Both the position numbers and the translations under genes were made by a program. From a virus: a DNA stretch of 64,000 nucleotides. Below, in pieces: positions 19,131 to 28,611 of this stretch. Each line of letters starts with the position of its first letter. Position 1 is the stretch's first letter. The DNA is taken from positions 13,149 to 77,148 of the IMG/VR virus record IMGVR_UViG_3300009496_000005; one strand, 5' to 3'. The notes under the pieces were generated by a model. The model saw only the letters and a program-made list of their open reading frames with translations. It had not been told where the DNA came from and ran no database searches.

Positions 19131-21317
19131 ATGGACAGTAGTAATATCGATAAGATTATAGAAAGTAGTGTTGAACGTGCAAAGGTAATGAATCATGAGT
19201 ATTGCACATTAGAGCATGTTACCCTTAGTTTATTAGAACATAAAAAGATTGTGGATTTATTAGATAGTTTACAAATTGAAACTAACAAAATTAAAGAGGA
19301 CTTAGATACATATTTAAATGATGTAGATTTTAATGGTCTAGCCACAACTAATGGATACAAAGGTGCTCCTAAAAAAACTACAGCAATTGAAAGAGTATTC
19401 CAACGTGGACTGGCCCAAGTTATATTTGGAGGCCGTGAGAAGATAGATCCTGTAGATTTATTAGTTAGTATTTTATCTGAGGATGAATGTATATCAAAAT
19501 ACTATATGGAACTAAATGGATTAACTAAATTTGTTATAGTTAATTATATTGATTCTAAATTTAAGAATGCCAAGAATGCAGAACTTATAGAAGAATACAC
19601 AAAGAACTTAAACGAAGAAGCCATTAAGAAAAACATTGATCCTCTAATAGGTAGAAACGAAGAAGTAAATGATTTAGTTCATATACTTGCTAGACGTAAA
19701 AAGAATAATGTGTGTATTGTAGGAGAGCCAGGAACAGGTAAAACTGCTATTGCAGAAGGACTTGCGAAACGTATTGTTGATGATCAAGTTCCTTCTATGT
19801 TAAGAAACAAAGTTGTTTACAGTTTAGCAGTAGGAGACTTACTAGCAGGCACACGATACAGAGGAGACTTTGAAGAACGACTTAAGGCTGTATTAGATAA
19901 CTTATCAGACAACCCAAATGCTATTTTGTTTATAGATGAAATACATATGATCATGGGAGCAGGTAGTGCCGGTGGTAGTAGTGTAGACATTGCTAATATG
20001 ATTAAGCCTGTATTAGGTAGAGGTAAACTATTAACAATAGGTGCAACGACACCAGATGAATTTGCTAATACGTTTGAAAAAGATAGAGCATTGCTAAGAC
20101 GTTTTGCTAGATTAGATATAGAACAAACTTCAGTTGAAGATACAAAAGAGATACTTAACGGACTGCAAACCTACTACGAAAAATTCCATGTAATTAAATA
20201 TCCAAATGGCATAGTGGATAAAATTGTAGACTTAACAGACAGATATATTAAAAACAAATACTTCCCTGACAAAGCATTAGATGTTATGGATGCCGCAGGT
20301 GCTAAAGTAAAACTAGCAGGTAGACAAGAAGTAGAACTCAGTGACATTGTAAGTGTAGTTAGTAAAATATCTAAAGTAACAGCAGACTTAGTTGATGTAG
20401 AAAAGAAAGACGGCTATGTTAATTTAGATAGTAGAATAAAAGAAATTGTTTACGGACAAGACAACGCAGTAGATACAATAGTAGAAGCAATACTAGTTGC
20501 TAAAGCAGGACTAAGAGAAAAGAATAAACCAATTGGGTCATTCTTGTTTGTTGGACCAACAGGAACAGGTAAAACTGAAACTGCTAGAGCATTAGCAAAA
20601 CAAATGGAAAGCAAACTTGTTAAGTTTGATATGTCAGAGTATCAAGAACGTCATAGTGTGAGTAAACTGATTGGTGCTCCTCCAGGATATGTAGGACATG
20701 CTGAAGGTAAAATGGGTCAAGGACAATTACTTGCAGAAGTAGAAGAGAGTCCTAATTGTGTTGTGCTACTGGACGAAGTAGAGAAAGCCGCACCAGAAGT
20801 ATTACAAGTATTGCTACAAGTAATGGACGATGGTAAACTTACAGGTGCTACTGGTAAAGTTGTAGACTTTAGTAATGTTATATTATTAATGACAAGTAAC
20901 TTAGGTGCCACAGATGCAGAAACATTAAAGATTGGGTTTGGTGATCAAACTAAAACTAAAGCAGTTGAAAAAGCAATAGAAAAATTCTTTACTCCAGAGT
21001 TTAGAAACAGACTGGATGCAGTTGTTAAATTTAATAAACTAGATCCTGCACTGATGCTTAAAATTGTAGACAGGCTTGTTGCTGAAACAAATGTATTACT
21101 TAATGAGAACGAATCAAATGTTGTTATTAAACTAAGTGATGTTGCTAGACAACAATTAGCAGATGATGGTTATGAACCTACTATGGGTGCAAGACCGTTG
21201 AAGAGAGTATTTGAAGACAAAATTAAAAAGCCACTCAGTAAAAAGATTCTATTTGAAGATTTAACTAATACTGATTTAATAATAGATTATATAGAAGAAG
21301 AGTATAGGATTGTATAA
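19131..21317 (+). CDS. clpA: ATP-dependent Clp protease ATP-binding subunit ClpA
   Basis: Two AAA modules (GEPGTGKT, GPTGTGKT), FDMSEY, LIGAPPGYVG, IGF ClpP-docking loop, no ClpB M-domain. Confidence 0.92.
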   Translation: MDSSNIDKIIESSVERAKVMNHEYCTLEHVTLSLLEHKKIVDLLDSLQIETNKIKEDLDTYLNDVDFNGLATTNGYKGAPKKTTAIERVFQRGLAQVIFGGREKIDPVDLLVSILSEDECISKYYMELNGLTKFVIVNYIDSKFKNAKNAELIEEYTKNLNEEAIKKNIDPLIGRNEEVNDLVHILARRKKNNVCIVGEPGTGKTAIAEGLAKRIVDDQVPSMLRNKVVYSLAVGDLLAGTRYRGDFEERLKAVLDNLSDNPNAILFIDEIHMIMGAGSAGGSSVDIANMIKPVLGRGKLLTIGATTPDEFANTFEKDRALLRRFARLDIEQTSVEDTKEILNGLQTYYEKFHVIKYPNGIVDKIVDLTDRYIKNKYFPDKALDVMDAAGAKVKLAGRQEVELSDIVSVVSKISKVTADLVDVEKKDGYVNLDSRIKEIVYGQDNAVDTIVEAILVAKAGLREKNKPIGSFLFVGPTGTGKTETARALAKQMESKLVKFDMSEYQERHSVSKLIGAPPGYVGHAEGKMGQGQLLAEVEESPNCVVLLDEVEKAAPEVLQVLLQVMDDGKLTGATGKVVDFSNVILLMTSNLGATDAETLKIGFGDQTKTKAVEKAIEKFFTPEFRNRLDAVVKFNKLDPALMLKIVDRLVAETNVLLNENESNVVIKLSDVARQQLADDGYEPTMGARPLKRVFEDKIKKPLSKKILFEDLTNTDLIIDYIEEEYRIV

Positions 21318-22014
21318 AATGGGATGGTTAGTAGATAAGTTTAAGAATTCAAAAATATTAGAACAAGGCGACTTCCCAGGAATGACTTTGCTACCTAGTC
21401 TAACAATCTTTTACGATGAGTATCCATACAGAGTTGCAATCAAAGGTAATAGGATTGCATACGATATTAAACTAATGGCTGACTTAGAAATTTTTCTTAG
21501 AACAAATACTGTAGGCAGATATAGATTTCAATCTACATCAAGAAACAATTATTTGTATTTAGAATACATAAGTGATTTAAAAATATTAAATACTTCTAGT
21601 TTTATTGCTGATAATGGAATCAAAGATTTGTTTGTAAGTTTTACAGGTCCTTTATCAGAAGCACATAGAGATGCTATAATTGGTGCAGACACAAAAACAG
21701 AAGTTAGGCCAGCATTATATTTTGGAAAGTTTGATAGAAAACTATCATTTAGAAGTTACTCTCCTTCTTGGCTATCAGGCACAAATAAACAACAAGACCA
21801 CCAAGAAGTTATAAAAGAGATGAGCAACTTTCTAAAAGATAATTTAACAGAAGGTGAAGAATACATGTGGTATAAAAAATATCATACATATTCTAGTAAT
21901 TTTCTGTATCTTAAAGATAAAGTTTGGCAAGAGATAGGAGGATACTTTTTATTACAGTTTAGTGACGTTGTAGATACAAATGTAAAAGTAGTTCCTCCAA
22001 GCGATGTTATATAA
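21310..22014 (+). CDS. hypothetical protein
   Basis: ORF overlapping clpA end. Confidence 0.6.
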   Translation: MYKMGWLVDKFKNSKILEQGDFPGMTLLPSLTIFYDEYPYRVAIKGNRIAYDIKLMADLEIFLRTNTVGRYRFQSTSRNNYLYLEYISDLKILNTSSFIADNGIKDLFVSFTGPLSEAHRDAIIGADTKTEVRPALYFGKFDRKLSFRSYSPSWLSGTNKQQDHQEVIKEMSNFLKDNLTEGEEYMWYKKYHTYSSNFLYLKDKVWQEIGGYFLLQFSDVVDTNVKVVPPSDVI

Positions 22015-22017
22015 ATA
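22010..22017 (+). promoter_or_regulatory. T4-type late promoter
   Basis: TATAAATA upstream of lysozyme. Confidence 0.6.
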
Positions 22018-22048
22018 ACAATAGTTAAAAGATTATACAGGAGAAATA

Positions 22049-22516
22049 ATGTTTTTTAAAGATACAAAACTGGACAGAGAAGCAGTTTTTGAGCAACTTA
22101 AAATAGACGAAGGAGTAGTAAATGAAATCTACCTCGACCACCTTGGGTATCCAACATTTGGTGTCGGGCATCTCGTCCTTGAGACAGACCCGGAACACGG
22201 ACAAGCAGTTGGAACGCCGGTTGATGAAGACAGAGTCAAAGAGTGCTTTGAAAAAGACCTTGACACAGCAATCAGTGAGTGTGAGTTACTATACGAAGAA
22301 GGGGTATTTGGAGACTTACCAGACGAAGTCCAGCAGATCTTGGTTAATATGATGTTCAATATGGGCAGAACAAGACTAAGCAAGTTTAAAAAGATGCATG
22401 CCGCAATCATTAAAGAAGATTGGAAAACTGCCGCAGTAGAAGGTAGAGATTCAAGATGGCACAAACAAGTTACTAACCGTGCTGAACGTTTAATGGAAAG
22501 GCTAGAGCAAGTCTAA
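22049..22516 (+). CDS. T4-like lysozyme (GH24)
   Basis: LKIDEG...IYLDHLGYPTFGVGHL, NMMFNMG, DSRWHKQVTNRAER. Confidence 0.92.
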   Translation: MFFKDTKLDREAVFEQLKIDEGVVNEIYLDHLGYPTFGVGHLVLETDPEHGQAVGTPVDEDRVKECFEKDLDTAISECELLYEEGVFGDLPDEVQQILVNMMFNMGRTRLSKFKKMHAAIIKEDWKTAAVEGRDSRWHKQVTNRAERLMERLEQV

Positions 22517-22521
22517 AGATT

Positions 22522-22529
22522 GATAAATA
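22522..22529 (+). promoter_or_regulatory. late-type promoter
   Basis: GATAAATA. Confidence 0.6.
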
Positions 22530-22551
22530 GTTATATAACTAGGGAATCAAT

Positions 22552-22980
22552 ATGCCAGTAAATAGAAAATCAGTTCAATTAATGAGTGCATCAGGCACTT
22601 CTATGAACAAAACAAGTGAAAAAGTCAGAGGTGATAACTATTACGGATATACTGATGGCTTCCATACTTTGCAGGTTACATACGCAAATTATGTTGGACG
22701 ATTTAGAATACAAGGCACTCTAGTGCTAGAACCTGCAGAAACAGACTGGATAGACATAGTTGTTTCACCCTCAGAAGGTTTATACGCCGGTTCAACTCCT
22801 TGGAATGGCGACGGATATGTGCAGTTTAACGCAGACAAACCAGGCGTAAAATCAGAAGCATACAGTTTCTATGGAAACTTTGCATGGATTAGGTGCAAAG
22901 TAGACAGAGCTCACATAGGTGACGGCGAAACCTATGATACTTCATACGGTCAAGTAACTAGAATACTTCTTTCAGCATAA
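22552..22980 (+). CDS. hypothetical, probable virion protein
   Basis: Late motif; beta-rich; GDNYYGYTDG.HT, GNFAWIR. Confidence 0.6.
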   Translation: MPVNRKSVQLMSASGTSMNKTSEKVRGDNYYGYTDGFHTLQVTYANYVGRFRIQGTLVLEPAETDWIDIVVSPSEGLYAGSTPWNGDGYVQFNADKPGVKSEAYSFYGNFAWIRCKVDRAHIGDGETYDTSYGQVTRILLSA

Positions 22981-22983
22981 TTT

Positions 22984-22991
22984 GATAAATA
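22984..22991 (+). promoter_or_regulatory. late-type promoter
   Basis: GATAAATA. Confidence 0.6.
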
Positions 22992-23029
22992 GTGTAGTAA
23001 CTACACGATAATTATGACTGGAAAACCAT

Positions 23030-26000
23030 ATGGCAAATACAATAATTGAATTAAACGATACCCCTAGCAGTTATTCGCTTTCTGCAAATAAATTTCTACG
23101 AGTAAACAGCGACGGTAACGCAGTTCAATTCTGGGATATTAAATTAGATTATTTAGAAGATGTAGAGGCATCTAATGCCTATGCTCCTAGTGTTGGGCAA
23201 TCATTAGTTTACACAGCAGATGGTAAATGGCGTCCAAGCACACTAGATATTTACTCAGCAGGTAATGGTCTTAACAAATCAGCATTAACATTAAACGTAA
23301 CAGCAGGAGCAGGCGGTGGCTTAGTTGCAAACACCAGTGGTGTTTTTATATCAGACATTGCAAACGTTTCAGGCACATACGGTAATGCTACACATGTTCC
23401 AGCAATAACAGTTAATTCTAAAGGACAAGTAACATCAGTTACTCCAACTTTAATCACAGCCTCACAGGCTACTACAATAACAAATAGTTTTGTAGGCAAT
23501 GTAGTTGGAACATCAGGACAAATTAGTGTAACTGGTGGCACAGGTAACAACAGTAATGCAACTCTTAATTTAGTTGCTACAGGCGTAACAGCCGCAACAT
23601 ACGGTAATGCTACAACTGTTCCTCAAATAACAGTTGATACATACGGACGAATTCAAAACGTTGACTTAATAACAGTAAGCGGCGGTGGTGGCGGAGCAGG
23701 AAATGTAAATACAGCATTCAAACATATTGCTGTATCAGGTCAAACTAACATTAGTGCAGACGCGGCAGAAGATACTTTAACATTGGTAGGCGCAGGAGGC
23801 ATTAGTCTAACAACTGATGCTGGAACTGATACACTTACTATTACTGGTAATTCATCAGCAATAGTAGGTGCTTCAGGCATTAATGCTTTAAGTGATATAG
23901 ATACTACCGGCGTTACTAATGGACAAGTATTAGTTTATAACTCTTCAACAAGCAAGTTTGAAGCAGGCACACCTGTAACAACATTGGCTAACAGTGGTGT
24001 AACAGCAGGAACATACGGTAGTAGCACTAATAGTGCTAGAATTGTAGTTAATGAAAAAGGTATCATCACAGGCATAAGTGAACAGGCTATACCACAAGGT
24101 GATATTACAGAAGTAATTGCTGGTGCAGGTCTTAATGGTGGCGGAACTACTGGTAGTGTTACTCTTAATATAGAGAACACAGGAATAACTGCTGGAACAT
24201 ATGGTAACGCAAGTGTTTATCCTGCTATTACAGTTAATTCAAGAGGGCAGATAACAAGTGTAAGTAACATAGCAGTCTCAGGAGGAGGCGGTGGAGGTTC
24301 TGATCAGAACCTATCATGGAACGCAGGTTCAAGCCAATTAACAATTAGTGGTGGTAATACTGTAGACCTATCAACATTAAACAACGTAGTTAACGATACT
24401 ACTCCGCAGTTAGGTGGTTCATTAGATGTTAATGGACAAAGCATTGTAAGTGTTTCTAATGGTAACATATCTATTACACCAAATGGAACAGGTAAGATTA
24501 TATTAGATGGTTTAAGTTGGCCAACAGCAGATGGCACAGCAAACTATGTTTTACAAACAGATGGTGCAGGACAGTTAAGTTGGGTAGCACAATCAGGGTC
24601 ATATGATAATACATCAGTTGATACACACTTAAACGTAAGTGGTGCAAGTGCTAGTCAAGTATTAAGTTGGAATGGAAGTGATTATGCTTGGGTGGCTCAA
24701 ACAGACACTGATGCACAAGACTTATCAATAAGTGGAAACGTAATAAGTCTAACAGGACAATCTGGTAACGTAGATTTAACATCAGCATTAGCATCAGTAA
24801 CAAGTAGTTACGGTGACAGTAATGTTGCAAGTTATTTGTCAGCACAAGGTTATGCAACGCAGGCTACTATTGTAGCGGCAATTACAGATAGTGCTCCAGC
24901 AACATTAGATACCTTAAACGAATTAGCGGCGGCACTAGGTGACGATCCAAACTTTGCAACCACAATAACAAATTCAATAGCCACTAAGGCTAATACAAGT
25001 TCACTGGCCACAGTAGCAACCAGTGGAGTTTATACAGATTTAACAAGCAGACCTACTATATCATTAAGTGGTAGTGACCTAACATATGATGGCACTACAT
25101 TAGATTTAACTGGAGTAGGTGCTGTAGGACCACAGGGTAATGTAGGTGCAGACGGAGTTAGTGTAACTAACGCAAGTTTAAGCACAAACGATCTTATAAT
25201 TACTCTAAGTAATGCTTCAACAATAAACGCAGGTAATGTAAGAGGACCAGTAGGACCACAAGGAGCCGCAGGAACAAACGGAACAAACGGAACAAACGGA
25301 ACAAACGGAACAGATGGTGTTAGCATTACTAATACGGCAATAGTAGGAAGTAACTTAGTTATAACACTTTCAAATACTTCTACTATTGATGCAGGTAATA
25401 TTAGAGGACCAGTAGGACCAACTGGACCTGCAGGAGCCGATGGAGCCGTAGACCAAACATTAAGCATATCAGGTAATGTAATTACAATTAGTGGTAATAA
25501 CGACACAGTAGATTTAACTACTATGTTAGCACCATATAGCAAAACAGATACTGATGCACAAGATTTAAGTTTAAGTGGCAACGTAATTAGTTTAACAGGA
25601 CAAAGTGGTAATGTTGATTTAACCTCGTTACTAGTTGCAAACATCTATACAAACTCAGATGTTGATACACACTTAAATACTAGTGGTGCAAGTTCAGGAC
25701 AAGTATTAACTTGGAACGGAAGTGATTATTCTTGGACAGAAAAAACAACTGATACAGATACTGATGCACAAAATTTAAGTTTAAGTGGCAACGTAATTAG
25801 TTTAACAGGACAATCAGGTAATGTTGACTTAACATCACTACTTGCTACATACAATACTGATGCTCAAGATTTAACCATAAGTGGTAATGTTATTAGTTTA
25901 ACAGGGCAAAGTGGTAATGTTGATTTAACAAGTTTACTATCAGGTAGTGGCGGCGGTGCAACTACACTAGATGGCTTAACAGATGTTTCAGCATCAAGTC

Positions 26001-26473
26001 CAAGCAGTGGCCAAGTCCTTAAATGGAATGGTAGTGCATGGGCACCAGCGGCAGACTTAAACTCCGGAGGCGGAGGTGGTGGTGCCACAATACAAAGATT
26101 TAAATTAAATTATAACTCCAACGGACAATTAGACTCAACATCAAACTTAACTAGTTTAGTTAATAGTGTAAGCATTGATAGTGCTAGTGGTGGTGATGTT
26201 ACTGTAAACTTTGATAGTTCAATCACTATGCCACCAGCATCAGTAATGATGTATGGTTATGATTATACAAATAATAAATATTCTATGGTGCCAGCAGAAA
26301 CCACAATGGCCCTTAGAGAAATAGCAGGCGGCGGTTCAAGTGGTTCACCTACACTTTTTGATGGTGGGTCAACTATTGCACTTAAATTAAGGTTACGAGA
26401 AACTGAAACTGGAGCAAGTAGATCATTCGGTTCAGTTACTCATGCATGGATACAGTTTGTTATTTACGATTAA
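23030..26473 (+). CDS. tail-fibre-like virion protein with collagen and internal repeats
   Basis: APATLDTLNELAAALGDDPNFATT fibre motif, GxY triplets, TAGTYG..ITV..KG repeats, DAQDLS.SGNVISLTGQSGNVDLTS x4. Confidence 0.85.
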   Translation: MANTIIELNDTPSSYSLSANKFLRVNSDGNAVQFWDIKLDYLEDVEASNAYAPSVGQSLVYTADGKWRPSTLDIYSAGNGLNKSALTLNVTAGAGGGLVANTSGVFISDIANVSGTYGNATHVPAITVNSKGQVTSVTPTLITASQATTITNSFVGNVVGTSGQISVTGGTGNNSNATLNLVATGVTAATYGNATTVPQITVDTYGRIQNVDLITVSGGGGGAGNVNTAFKHIAVSGQTNISADAAEDTLTLVGAGGISLTTDAGTDTLTITGNSSAIVGASGINALSDIDTTGVTNGQVLVYNSSTSKFEAGTPVTTLANSGVTAGTYGSSTNSARIVVNEKGIITGISEQAIPQGDITEVIAGAGLNGGGTTGSVTLNIENTGITAGTYGNASVYPAITVNSRGQITSVSNIAVSGGGGGGSDQNLSWNAGSSQLTISGGNTVDLSTLNNVVNDTTPQLGGSLDVNGQSIVSVSNGNISITPNGTGKIILDGLSWPTADGTANYVLQTDGAGQLSWVAQSGSYDNTSVDTHLNVSGASASQVLSWNGSDYAWVAQTDTDAQDLSISGNVISLTGQSGNVDLTSALASVTSSYGDSNVASYLSAQGYATQATIVAAITDSAPATLDTLNELAAALGDDPNFATTITNSIATKANTSSLATVATSGVYTDLTSRPTISLSGSDLTYDGTTLDLTGVGAVGPQGNVGADGVSVTNASLSTNDLIITLSNASTINAGNVRGPVGPQGAAGTNGTNGTNGTNGTDGVSITNTAIVGSNLVITLSNTSTIDAGNIRGPVGPTGPAGADGAVDQTLSISGNVITISGNNDTVDLTTMLAPYSKTDTDAQDLSLSGNVISLTGQSGNVDLTSLLVANIYTNSDVDTHLNTSGASSGQVLTWNGSDYSWTEKTTDTDTDAQNLSLSGNVISLTGQSGNVDLTSLLATYNTDAQDLTISGNVISLTGQSGNVDLTSLLSGSGGGATTLDGLTDVSASSPSSGQVLKWNGSAWAPAADLNSGGGGGGATIQRFKLNYNSNGQLDSTSNLTSLVNSVSIDSASGGDVTVNFDSSITMPPASVMMYGYDYTNNKYSMVPAETTMALREIAGGGSSGSPTLFDGGSTIALKLRLRETETGASRSFGSVTHAWIQFVIYD
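25271..25312 (+). repeat. in-frame 9-bp tandem repeat (GGAACAAAC x4.7)
   Basis: Encodes GTN x4 in the collagen segment. Confidence 0.9.
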
Positions 26474-26485
26474 TAGGATCAATAA

Positions 26486-28498
26486 ATGGCTTTAAGCAAT
26501 TACAAGTCTACTCAAGTTGAATTAAATGTTCCAAATAAAGTATTAGGAACTTCAATTTCATCAGTTAGCGGATACGCATATTGGGAACATGCAAATGGTT
26601 CAGACGATCCGTGGTATTCAGGCTCGGGCACAAAGAAATATTATCAATGGACAGTTACATTTAGTGTTACTGCTCAGTCACATGGTTCACATTTAACCAG
26701 AGATGATTTTACATACAACGGCTTAGATGTAGTAGTTGGTGATTGGTTAGCAGGTGCAACAAGTGGTTCATGTTGGAAAGTAGTATCAGTTACTTCTAAA
26801 ACAACTACAAGTGTTACATGTGTTGTTGAGGACTGGTTAAGATATAATACATTCAAAGCATCAACAGGTAATGGTGCACCAACAACTGGTTCAGGAGTTA
26901 TATTTTCATTAAATGAAAAAGGTATCCCAATGTTGGATCCTTTGCCTACAACAGTTAGTTCAAGTTTTTATCCCACAATAGCAAGTAGATTTGAATACTT
27001 AAACCCACAACAAAACTATGTCTTAGAAGCAACAGCACACGGTCTAAGCAAAGGAGATATAGTTGCAGTATCAAGTGCAGGGTTTACTAAAGCAAATACA
27101 GCCACTATGGGAAAAATGTTAGGTGTTGTAACTGAAGCAGGTCCAGGGCCTAATCAGTTTATGATTATGCCTAACAACCAAATTATAGATTTCGAACCTA
27201 GCATACCAGGTAGTCAAGGTGACTATGTGTATGTAAGTAGCACAGGAGAGTTTACTACAACTGATACAGGTAAAATTGCATTCTTAAAAATACAAGATGC
27301 TATACCTACAGTTTTAACAGGCACAGTAGATGGCCCAACTGTGCCAGATAGCCATACTATTAAACTAAATGGAGAGTCAATTCAATTAACAAATAGCGGT
27401 TCTAATGTAACTGCAAGTTTAATGGTTTCTCAAATTAATGCAAAGACAAGTAATACAAGTGTTGTAGCATCAACAACTCCTACGCCAACTGTAATAGTAT
27501 CAGATGGTGCTAATACAATATATGGATTAGTAGGTGGATATGTAAACTTTAGTGCGGCATTTGATACAGGCTCAGGTAACACAACAGTTTCATTTACTAC
27601 ATCAGGTTCACAGTATTCAGGTGTATCTACACCAGAGGATATGGCTACAGATATTACTGCGGCCGGTATTGCTAACTTAACTGTAAGTGCGACACCAACA
27701 GTTTTAACATTAACAGAAGTAAACGGTAATGCAGTTACTATAGTTAATGTAACTAATGATAACAACAATAATCCTTTTGTAGGTGCAGGTAATATATCAG
27801 GTTTGCCAGCATCAACAAGTGCAACAGGAACAACACGTCTTAAACTTACAAGGTCAGACGGCGGACCTATAGATATATTTGAATCAACAGAATACTTTAG
27901 AAATAATGTAGGTATTGCTAGTGGGCATACAGGAATGTATCCACTTGCAATGAACATTGAGCAAGGTATTAGAACAGGTGGAACAACACTCGTTGCTGAC
28001 ATAAGTGGAAGAGATTCACTGTCTGCTCAAGCAGGTGACCAAGCATACGTTACCAATGCAGGAAATGGTGAGTGGGGATTATATTTGTATGATGGAAGCA
28101 GTTGGATTGAAATTAGTAACCAAGATAGTGCTACAGTAGATGCTAAAACTTTAACAACTACATTCACAATGCCTGCAGGAGGATTTGGAAACAGCACAAC
28201 TAACAACTTAGGAAATATATCACAAGGTAGAAAAATACAAAGTGTTAGTGTTGATGTTCATACTGCATTTTCAGGTTATTCTGGCAACATAACACCAAAT
28301 ATAGAAGTTGGAACAATAGCAGACCCAGACCATTTTTGTGATAGTCCAAGCAATGATTTAACAGAAGAAGGTGACTTCTTGTGTAACCCGGAGTATGTAT
28401 ATCCTGCTAATTCACCTCAAGAACTTATAATCCGTGCTAGATGCAATCATTACCAGTCATCTGCGGGTAATGTAACCGTCAAAGTTACCTATATTTAA
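26486..28498 (+). CDS. virion structural protein
   Basis: Ser/Thr/Gly-rich 670 aa in late cluster. Confidence 0.7.
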   Translation: MALSNYKSTQVELNVPNKVLGTSISSVSGYAYWEHANGSDDPWYSGSGTKKYYQWTVTFSVTAQSHGSHLTRDDFTYNGLDVVVGDWLAGATSGSCWKVVSVTSKTTTSVTCVVEDWLRYNTFKASTGNGAPTTGSGVIFSLNEKGIPMLDPLPTTVSSSFYPTIASRFEYLNPQQNYVLEATAHGLSKGDIVAVSSAGFTKANTATMGKMLGVVTEAGPGPNQFMIMPNNQIIDFEPSIPGSQGDYVYVSSTGEFTTTDTGKIAFLKIQDAIPTVLTGTVDGPTVPDSHTIKLNGESIQLTNSGSNVTASLMVSQINAKTSNTSVVASTTPTPTVIVSDGANTIYGLVGGYVNFSAAFDTGSGNTTVSFTTSGSQYSGVSTPEDMATDITAAGIANLTVSATPTVLTLTEVNGNAVTIVNVTNDNNNNPFVGAGNISGLPASTSATGTTRLKLTRSDGGPIDIFESTEYFRNNVGIASGHTGMYPLAMNIEQGIRTGGTTLVADISGRDSLSAQAGDQAYVTNAGNGEWGLYLYDGSSWIEISNQDSATVDAKTLTTTFTMPAGGFGNSTTNNLGNISQGRKIQSVSVDVHTAFSGYSGNITPNIEVGTIADPDHFCDSPSNDLTEEGDFLCNPEYVYPANSPQELIIRARCNHYQSSAGNVTVKVTYI

Positions 28499-28531
28499 AA
28501 GCATCCTACACCTCCACATATCATCTTTTTA

Positions 28532-28539
28532 GATAAATA
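28532..28539 (+). promoter_or_regulatory. late-type promoter
   Basis: GATAAATA. Confidence 0.6.
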
Positions 28540-28611
28540 CTATTAACGTCAGAGTATATAACTCAGATGTTATCGATAACGCAAATAATATACATGTATT
28601 AGGAGAAACAA

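Noticed and set aside
24700-25930. Recurring ~70-bp repeats resembling an array
   Set aside because: In-frame protein repeats with synonymous variation and irregular spacing; not CRISPR, and no cas genes
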